A stretch of 64,000 nt of DNA from Octopus vulgaris. Lineage: Eukaryota. The notes under the pieces were generated by a model. That model saw only the letters and a list, made by a program, of their open reading frames with translations, was not told the origin of the DNA and made no database searches. Made by a program: the position numbers and the translations under genes. Within the stretch, counting starts at the first letter, position 1, and each line of letters opens with the position of its first letter. The stretch is from positions 46,190,001-46,254,000 of the forward strand of contig OX597834.1 in assembly GCA_951406725.2 (NCBI GenBank). The letters run 5' to 3'. Below are positions 53,836 through 64,000 of this stretch, in pieces.

Positions 53836-54358
53836 AATATACATACATACATACATACATACGTAAATATATATATATGTGTGTGTGTGTGTGCGTGTAT
53901 GGATGGACGGATGGAGGACGGAAGATGGATGGATAGCTTTTGGATGGATGGTTGTATGCGTATGCATACGCACATGTATGCATGTATGTATGTATGTGTG
54001 TATGTATGTATGTATGCATGGATGTATGTATGTATGCATGTATGTATGTATGTACGTATGTATGTACGTATGTATGTATGTATGCATGTATGTATGTATG
54101 CATATGTATGTATGTATGTATGTATGTATGCATGTATGTATGTATGTATGTATGTATGCATGTATGTATGTATGTATGTACGTATGTATGTATGTATGTA
54201 TGTATGTATGTATGCATGTATGCATGTATGCATGTATATAAGCGTAAACAGCGATTGCAATACGGAGTAACTAACGGCACCATACGCTTTGAAGGAATAA
54301 ATGTATTACACAGTTAATCTTGGATATACTTTATCCTGTTTCTTTCAAGCTCTCATAT

Positions 54359-54389
<31 letters not shown>

Positions 54390-54522
54390 TGCATACACGC
54401 GTTCATACAAAAACACATATCTACTAACATTATATATATGGTCGCAACCTGAAGGCTGAAACATAGGAAAGAATGACAGAATGAAAGAATACATACATAA
54501 TATGCATACATACATACATACA

Positions 54523-54570
<48 letters not shown>

Positions 54571-54804
54571 ATATACACATACATACATACATTATATGCA
54601 TACATATGTATAGTTATATATATATATAATATATATATCTACACACACATATATTAAGATTTTTAAAATAAGTATATACGTATGTGTGTCTGTGTGTGCG
54701 TGTGTATGTATTCATATACATATGTGTACATGTATATATATATGCACGTATGCACATGCATGTATGCATACGTATGCATATACAGATATATGCATATATA
54801 TATA

Positions 54805-54838
<34 letters not shown>

Positions 54839-55289
54839 CACATACATACATACATATTGTATTAGGCCCGATAATTAGATCATTTTGCCGGAAATGTCCA
54901 TGGGAGTTTAATGATGGAAATTCCTCATGTATTGTTCCTCCTTTTTATCGATTTTTGCATTGAAAATTTCTAAGGAATATACTAGTTACAATCCACTTAT
55001 TATTTTGTAATGTTTACACTTGTTTTGCCAAATCTATTGTAATATCCTAGAAGACGGTAGCCACATCTGACAAAAAATGATTTAGAGTCGTTTCGGAGTT
55101 GATTAAAAGTCAAAAGCTCTCGTTTCACTCGGATTCGTTCAAATATTCGGATAAAACATACTGCTGAAATGCTGCATGAAATTATCCAAATACAGAGTCT
55201 TCGGGGGCTGAGTAATTTTAACAGAAACATATAATTTTCAGTAAATGTTCAACGAGAAAATAGACAGCTGACAGTTATAAATTTAAATA

Positions 55290-55490
55290 TTAATTTCAAA
55301 ATTTGGGGCCAGACCAGTAATCTTGTGGGGAGACAGCATGTCGACTACATCGATTCTAGTGTTCAACTGGTATTAATTTCATTGCCCCCGAAAGGGATGA
55401 AACAGTGGATCTCGGGCAAATTTGAAAACAGCCCAAATACCGCGAAGCGTTTTGCTCGGTGTGCTAGCGATTCTGCCATCTCGCCGCCTG
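55290..55490 (-). mobile_element. SINE family B, degenerate
   Basis: gtcgactacatcga..ccccgaaagggatgaaa..gctagcgattctgcca..cgccgcct. Confidence 0.7.
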
Positions 55491-56318
55491 ATAAATATTT
55501 AAATATCAACCAAACAGTGGAACGACAGACACTCACACGCTATATCATTAGATCGTTTATTTTATATCTGACGAAAATCTTCCTCGTTATTCGCCCTCAT
55601 TTCCCAACGTGATACTCTGCTTTTTAGAGAATCGAGGAATACATATATGAGTGCGTGTGTATGTGTACGTATGTGTGTGTGTGCGCGCATATGCGTATGC
55701 GTGCGTGCATGTATGTGTATATGTGTGCGTGTGTTAAGTTAACCGTTATTATTAGATAAATTTATCGATAATATCCATGGGAATTTATATAATGGAATTT
55801 TCACAGATAATTTCTCGTTCTAATTTTTTAATCGATTTTTCCACCGGAAACAACTAAGGAATTTTGTAGTTCCAGTCCAGTTAATATTACGTAAAATTTA
55901 CCATTGTTTTCCAGTTCCAATCTACTGTGTGTTATAATGAGGCTACTACCTCTTCTCAGAATTTTAAATATATTCATCTTTTATTTTATTTCATTTCATT
56001 GCTTCTGTTCTTCGTAATACATCTTTTAACATGGGAGTTCAAATCCTAAAAGACTCGGGGATATATATCATTTAATACGTACGTTTCAGATCATAGGAAA
56101 TGCATCCATTACGCATGACCTTTCTCAGTTAAAAAATTTAGGTGCAACTAGCCGCTCCAGACCCCACTTATACCGATACTCTAACAACACTTTGGAGTAG
56201 TTTGTGACATTTAACTCTAGTCGAAAATTCTGGTGCACTGCACACGAAATATATATATGTATATATATATATATACACATATAAATGCACACGGAATATA
56301 TATGTATATGCGTGTGTG

Positions 56319-56356
<38 letters not shown>

Positions 56357-56361
56357 CATAT

Positions 56362-56500
56362 ATACGACGGGCTTCTTTCAGCTTCCGTCTACTAAATCCA
56401 GAAGGCTTTGCTAAACCCGAGGCTAACTCAAGGTGACACACAGTCGACTGAACCTGGAACCATGTGGTTGGGAAGCAACCTTTCTTACCACACGGTCATG
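56362..56500 (-). mobile_element. SINE family A 5' half
   Basis: acgacgggcttctttcag..gaaccatgtggttggg. Confidence 0.8.
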
Positions 56501-56854
56501 CGAAAATGGTAAATTTCACGTGTAAATTTATAAAGAAAACCAAACAGGAAATTGATTTCAGTAGTTAATCAGGCATAATGAAAGAAAAGTATTTTGATAT
56601 TTCTTGAAATATGCTACCGGTTTCATGTGTTTTAAAAAACGATTTAGTCATGCTGTAATTTAATATATTGAAATATATTGTATGAAAATGATCATTCATG
56701 ATAACGATTCTGTCATTTTACATATTTTTATTACAAAATTCGTATCACGCTGGTTGTTAGTTTCCTTTTGATACATAGTTTAAAATGTCTTTGGAAGGAA
56801 TTCTATATTATGAATGGTATTTGATTTTGAAAAAATCTATTCTTCAAGTATATA

Positions 56855-56913
<59 letters not shown>

Positions 56914-57166
56914 TTTCGAAGTCTTCCTGAAATAATTTAAAATTAAGTTTACTGAATTTTTTTTAGTAGGTGTGCGTGTTTATTAGCTTTTGCAAGGAAA
57001 AGATAGATCACTGACTTCGAAGTGGCGTCATTCTCGTATTTATCGCGTCCGTTTTATGAATGCGAGCAATAAAAATTAAAATATGCGCCTATATATGTGT
57101 ATATATATGAATGTATATATATGTCTATATATATATATATTCGTGTTTGTGTGTGTGTGTGTGTAC

Positions 57167-57210
<44 letters not shown>

Positions 57211-57361
57211 CAATGTATGTATATGTATATATAAATATACAACAGCCAAACTACGAGCTTCTCTATTCAGAAGGATTTTTTCAAACCAATATTTCCATTC
57301 TATTATTTATAGCTTTGTGTGTGCTTTCAGATATTCTATTTCAAAAAACAAAATGCAAAAA

Positions 57362-57458
<97 letters not shown>

Positions 57459-57668
57459 TAGATAGATAGATACATACATACATACATACATGCAAACATA
57501 CATAAATGTATATATGCATATATATATATATATATATTTACACACACACACGCACACACACGCGCACACACACATATATATATATAACACTATAAATTTT
57601 GAAGAGATATTACACATTCTTCCATTTTTGCTCAGATTTTCCCACCACCACCATTACCATACACTATA

Positions 57669-57721
<53 letters not shown>

Positions 57722-58470
57722 GTTCTAAGTATTTGCATATATGCGTATATATGTGTATATATGTGTGCGTGCGTGTGTGTGTGTGTGTGTTCATATGTAT
57801 ATGAATATATGTTTATATATCATTAACTTTACTATTATTATTGTTATCATTATCATCATCATCGGCAGCATCATTAGTATAGTTATTATTTTTACTATTA
57901 TCATTACTAATACATTACACACTTATGTACGTTCACACTCTCACATATATAAATATACGTAGAAGTTTTTCCCAATGTTTGTGTGCGCTTATTCTCTCTC
58001 TTGTCTGAGAAATTAATCCATCTTATTAATATTATCAACAATGTTATGTTGACATTTATGGTTCCGAAATTTTAATATAAATGAACGCTAACCAAATCAC
58101 GGTTTCTCAGCAATCGAAATCGAAAGGAAAAGACAGGGAATTATTCGATGCTCTTAGATATGTTTAATTGCTTGGATTCTATAATATTACATTTTTTTAG
58201 CAACGTATAAACGCCATCACAATAATATTAGAGATATTTATTAATATAAAAGACATAGATTAATTCAACATTATAGAAGTTTACATTACAAATATAACTC
58301 TTTATATATATATAAATATGTGTGTGTGTGTGTGAGTTATATATACATACATACAGACACACACACAAACATATACATATATAGACGTATACACATATAT
58401 AAGAGATCTTGGAATGGTAGGAAGATACGCTATATCCACTGCAGCACCCAACCCCAGGTTCAGGATTCTC

Positions 58471-58510
<40 letters not shown>

Positions 58511-58624
58511 GTAGAATATATATTTGTTCTCTTCTGTTTTAATTATTAGAATACTTCCTGTGGGGAAGGTGCTGGTTTCTAACAAAGATACAAAGCTCCA
58601 TCTTTGGAATGCAGACAGCAAAGA

Positions 58625-58895
58625 CAAATTCGCATTTTAAACTTGAGGAAAGTCTTGCAGGTTTCTTCTGTTCCGCTTACAGATTATATTTGTAATGTAC
58701 GAGTTTGCTGGTTGGTTTTCTTTTTCACGGAATCCCTTGCTTATGCAGACTTACAAAATCGGGATCGCTTATTATTATTACTATAAATGTCAATCAATTA
58801 TCGGTATATAGAGGGTGGCAGTTTCGAAGCAGCCGTCCCTGGTTATCCTCTCATTGGTTTTCAAAGAGATATTCACGTTAGCAAGACAGCTCTGT
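58625..58895 (-). mobile_element. RLE family 2 C-terminal fragment
   Basis: SCLANVNISLK..LLRN..LY..FIVIII..GTEETCKTFLKFKM. Confidence 0.7.
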
Positions 58896-59189
58896 GCAGT
58901 TATGTATGTATGTATATGTCTCTTCTGCATTTAATCATTTATATTCTTCCTCTGGAGAACACGTTGCCTTATAAGCAATGTTTTCGAAGGCAAGATAGGT
59001 TGGATGGTTACTGATGAAGGGCCAAAAAAAACCCCTGCAATATGGTATATACACTCAATACCAATTTTAGTCATCGATCTCCTCGTTTGTTTACATCTGA
59101 CGTCTCGATACGAAACGCTGCAGCCAAAATCGATGCTGGCTCTAATTTCTATAGAATATCTTTAGAAATAACCTTAACAAAATTCCAAC

Positions 59190-59790
59190 AATGTCACATT
59201 TTAAACCTAAGAAAAGTTTTGCATAGTTTTATTGTTCCTCGTACAGATTGTATTTGGAATGAGCAAACCAGTTGGATGATTTGTTTTTCTGAAAATCCAA
59301 GCTTATCCAGACTGACAGCTCGGCATTTACTTACAAATCCAAGTGCTCCATTATTATAGGAATAAACGTAAATTGGTAATCCGGATATAAAAGCTGGAGC
59401 TTTCGAAGCAGCTGCCCAGATTTATCTCCTTTCTCTTTGATTTCTAAAGAGATATTCACATCAGCTAACCTCTATGACTCTATATACTTCTTCTTGTCTT
59501 TCCCAAACAACTATATCCAGCCTATTATGTTAACACTTGACAGATGTTTTGATGAGAATGTTCCTCCATATTGCCTGTACAGGTATTTGTGTACGTATTC
59601 AACAACTCTCAATATTAAATTCCAGGACATTCTTTTTTCCAAGTTGCATTGTATATTGTTACCGCACTTTTCCTTCTCCGTTCTTATCTCTTCTCGTCTC
59701 TCCTATCATTCAAAAGAAGAGTGAATGTTCGCAACGCAAATAGCTTCTCCTTCATTTTCTCATTTCCTGAGCGTCTAATACATTCCTTGA
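59190..59790 (-). mobile_element. RLE family 2 endonuclease domain remnant
   Basis: HNRLDIVVWE..VIEVS..ADVNISLEIKEK..LLRKLQLLYPDYQFTFIPII.GALGFV..GTIKLCKTFLRFKM*. Confidence 0.8.
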
Positions 59791-59847
59791 TTATCTTTAC
59801 CTTGTCTGTTATATGTACACCATATGCACACATATTCTTTTATTTTT

Positions 59848-60131
59848 TCACTTGTTTCAGTCATTTGATTGCGGCCATGTCGGAGCACCGGCTTAAAGAG
59901 TTTCTCGTCCAAGAAATCGATCTCAGCATTTATTCTTTGAAAGACTAGTTCTTATTCAATCTGTCTCTTTGGCTAAGGCGCTAAGTTACAAAGAGGTAAA
60001 CACACCAACATCGTTTGTCAATGCCGAAGGTGACAATATCGTGACACATGCCCAAGGTGTCACGCAGTTGGACTGAACCCGGTACCAGGTGATTGGGTAA
60101 CTAGCTCCTTACCACAGAGCCACGCCTGCGC

Positions 60132-60133
<2 letters not shown>
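59848..60133 (-). mobile_element. SINE family A, internally deleted
   Basis: cttgtttcagtcatttgattgcggccatg..gccacgcctgcgcct. Confidence 0.85.
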
Positions 60134-60176
<43 letters not shown>

Positions 60177-60803
60177 AGAACATACAATATGAGATGTTCT
60201 CATGGTAAATAACGTAATATTTTGCTTTCACAAAACATACACCCCTATATGAGAATAAATAGTAACTACCGGTATTAATACAGCTTCTGTTGATATTATA
60301 TGTGTGTGTGTATGTACTTGTGTTCTTGTGTGTTTGTATCTACTTGTGTGTATGTATGCATGTATATATGTATATCTGAATGTGAGTGTGTGTACATACA
60401 TATATATATATATGTGTGTGTGTGTGTGTATTTCTATATAAATATCTGTTTTTGTGTGTATGTTTTAGATTAAATGAATGAGAAGAGAACAAGAACTACG
60501 TAATCAACTGGGAAACAGATGTTTCTTCTCTCAAGTGCTGCACATTCAGAGCTGGTTGTTTATGCATCAACTTAAAACTTACTCATACATACGTACATAC
60601 ATACATACATACATATAATCCGTGACTACGACGTTTCGGCCTGCTAACCTTCATCGAAATTGTAAAAGAATAATAAATACAACTCCGCAAGTGCTGTTGA
60701 ATGATCCCTCAGTTTAATGTAAAGCTGTAAGTTTTCATTATAGCTCCAAGTAAAACCCAACACTTATATACAAGCATACACAGACACACACACACAGAAA
60801 TAC

Positions 60804-60837
<34 letters not shown>

Positions 60838-61216
60838 TCATTTTTCCGCTTAATCTTCTCAAGTGAAAAGCTGAGGAGAATATATTTAGTTTTCAAGTGA
60901 TGATTGTCTGATTTGAATTTTTTTCATTTTGTCTCATGGTTTATAAAAACAATGTCGATGGTTCTTCATTACAATATAATTTTAAATCTTCCTTTCTTTT
61001 GTTTCTGCTTCTTATACATACATGAAAAAAAATATACGCACGAGCGTATGCATAATTGTATAAACACATACGTACACACTCAAATGCACACGCACAAATA
61101 TATAACCCTCACTGAATATATTTGGACGCATACACACACACACATATATCAATAAACACTAATGCAAATATACATGTATTTTATATACGTATATTTCTAC
61201 ATATATATATTTATAT

Positions 61217-61270
<54 letters not shown>

Positions 61271-61407
61271 TAAATATTCCTCTTCTTTCTCTCTTCCCCA
61301 AGCTATCCCTCTCCCCTCTCTTTCTTTCTCTCTCTCCGTTTATTTCCCTTACTCTATCTTCTCTGTACAGACGTTCGCGTATATACATACACACATATAT
61401 GTATATA

Positions 61408-61544
<137 letters not shown>

Positions 61545-63024
61545 GTATGTATATATATATGCATATATGCATATATGCATACCCACATACATACACAGCC
61601 ATTTACACACGTTCACACACTTAGCAGACTTCTTTCCTTTCCTTCGTTTCCATCTTTTTTCTTTTCATTCCACAATAAACATGAAATTTCAATGTGAACC
61701 TCTTATATAAGCTTCTGTTTTTTACTTTAATTTCCTCAAACGAAATGTAATGCGATGTTGCTTTGGTGAGTCTTTATATGTGTCTGTTCGTATCTGTTCT
61801 AATTACATACATCTAGGCGTGTGTGTGCGCGCGCGTGTGTGTGCACGCGTCTGTGTGTACAGTGTTTTAAGCATGTATCTGCAGTGTGTGGATATCATAG
61901 TCTGCATATGTGTATCGGTGTGTGTGTGTTTCACTGTCTGCAAAAACATGTTTGTGTGTACGTATGAAGATATATGTGTGTATACATACATTTATGTTTA
62001 TATATAAATTTATTTATATAATATACATACATACACATATATACACACACACGTTTACAAGGACTACCATATATATATATATATATACATACATGTGTAT
62101 ATGTATATACGTATATGTATGTAATATATATATATATATATATATATGCATATTTACAATTGTATATATACATCTATATGTATATGTATATTTATGTATA
62201 TATGTGTGTGTATGTATGTGTGCATGTATGTGTGATATATGTATATATATATATGTTATATGTTATAGATCATTATATACTAATGATGTGTGTGTATGTG
62301 CGCGTGTGTGAGTGTTCATATTTGTCTTTCTATCTCGTGTGTTCGGATCTATACCAATGTATATACAGAGATCCGTAGACGTATGTGTGCATATGTACCT
62401 GTATGAATGCATACCTTCATAAGCTACTATAAGCGCATGAGCGTGTGTATATATATGTGTCTGCATATACCTCCATGTGTGAACGTGAAGGCATATATGT
62501 GCGGGAGTGTGTACGATCTTTTACTTAATATTTCATTTCCGAAATAATGAAATTTGGGGAAAAAAAATCATTAAAAAAAATTCATATTTCATATCAAATT
62601 TAATTTTAATTTAAATTAAAAATTGTGTAACGACAGAGTTATTTATTTCATTTTATATTACTTCGTTTCATTATATTTTATTTTATTTTATTTTCAAACT
62701 GGTTTTTCATTCGGTATAATTTGCTCGTTTTACTTGTTGATATTTTTTAAAATTGTTAAATAATTTTTCTTTTTAAATCTTTTGGTTTTTCTCTCTTGTA
62801 CGACTTCTTCGGTGCGAATTATAGAGCGCTATATAAGTCCTCGAAGGATTGGTCAAATGAGATAGGGTAGCGTTCTTAGAATCTTCGGTTTTATTAACTA
62901 CATTAGTGAAATAAATTGGTTTCCACCGAGAATCTTGGAATTCATAGGCTCTAGCTCTTTCATTACTCAAATTATTTAAAAGATTTCCACAGCATCTTTG
63001 CGTGTGTATATTTATGCTCATATA

Positions 63025-63345
63025 CATGTATGTATGTATGTACGTATGTATGTATGTACGTACGTACGTACGTACGTATGTATGTATGTATGTATGTATG
63101 TATGTATGTATGTGTGTATGTGTGTATGTATGTATGTACGTATATATGTATGTGTGTATGTATGTGTGTATGTATGTATGTGTGTATGTGTGTATGTATG
63201 TATGTATGTATGTATGTATGTATGTACGTACGTATGTATGTATGTGTGTATGTATGTGTGTATGTATGTATGTTTGTATGTATGTATGTATGTATGTATG
63301 TATTTCTATGTATGTATGTATGTGCGTACGTATGTATGTATATAT
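63025..63345. repeat. (TATG)n microsatellite; a similar array lies at 53960-54235
   Basis: Direct tandem repeat. Confidence 0.95.
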
Positions 63346-63484
63346 GCATCTCTCTATCTAACTAGCTATCAATCTCCCTGTCTATCTATCTAACTATTTA
63401 GGTCCTCTTTCGTTTCTATTATTTCAAAATCTTTTTGCAAGGAAGGAACTACTTTCTAAGAAAGATCATTGAAATGCAGAAAAC

Positions 63485-63595
63485 ACAACGCATTTTGAAT
63501 TCGGAACAGTTTTGCATATTTTTAGCGTTCCTCTTACAAATTACATTTGCAATGCGCCAGTTAGCTGGTTGGTTTCTTTTTATGAGAAGAAATTA
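63485..63595 (-). mobile_element. RLE family 2, extreme C-terminal fragment
   Basis: Homologous to 58630-58725 and 59195-59290 (RGTLKICKT). Confidence 0.65.
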
Positions 63596-63861
63596 CCAAA
63601 ATCATACGTATGGGTGTGTTTCATGTATGTATGTATGTATGTATGTATGTATGTATATATGTATGTATTATGCATCTGTTTATCAATGTATCTGGCTATC
63701 ATTCTATCTATCTATCTATCTATCAATCTATCCATCTATCTATCTATCCATCTATCTATCTATCTATCCATCTATCTATCTATCCATCTATCTATCTATC
63801 TATCTATCTATCCATCTATCTATCTATCTATCTATGTATCTATCTATCTATCCATCTATCG

Positions 63862-63955
63862 TTTCTAACTTATGTGACTTTATGTCATTTAAGAGGTACC
63901 CTTGTTTCCAAGGGGACCCCAAGCCACGCGCATTTACACAACCAATCTTGATCAT
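63862..63955 (-). mobile_element. Start of a Tx1/L1-like ORF2 APE endonuclease
   Basis: MIKIGCVNARGLGSPWKQGYLLNDIKSHKL matches the N(V/A)RGL motif I; breaks off into (GATA)n. Confidence 0.72.
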
Positions 63956-64000
63956 AGTTCTAATGAATTAGAATACAGAGGGTTACTTACTGCTTTCTCC

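Overview
AT-rich, non-genic eukaryotic DNA, most likely from a cephalopod (octopus-like) genome. That assignment is inferred from the extreme microsatellite load and the tRNA-derived SINE families. I found no host protein-coding exon. Nearly all ORFs in the track are translations of simple repeats. The real coding remnants are all transposon-derived: a 5'-truncated CR1-clade LINE (14.0-16.8 kb), two stacked R4/Dong-type RLE retrotransposons in (TAA)n (26.6-29.8 kb), a second RLE family in five fragments, Tx1/L1-like pieces, a DD37D (maT-type) transposase and four mariner fragments. Non-coding repeats include hAT-type MITEs, an RTE-like 5' end and about 25 SINE copies from at least four families. 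The most notable structure is a near-perfect 145-bp-arm palindrome at 30130-30454 carrying a minimal type I hammerhead ribozyme on each strand (Penelope-like pLTR architecture), with a sister palindrome at 13.0 kb. There are also several local duplications or templated insertions and one 100-N gap. All motif matches and translations were read by eye; coordinates of degenerate repeats are approximate.
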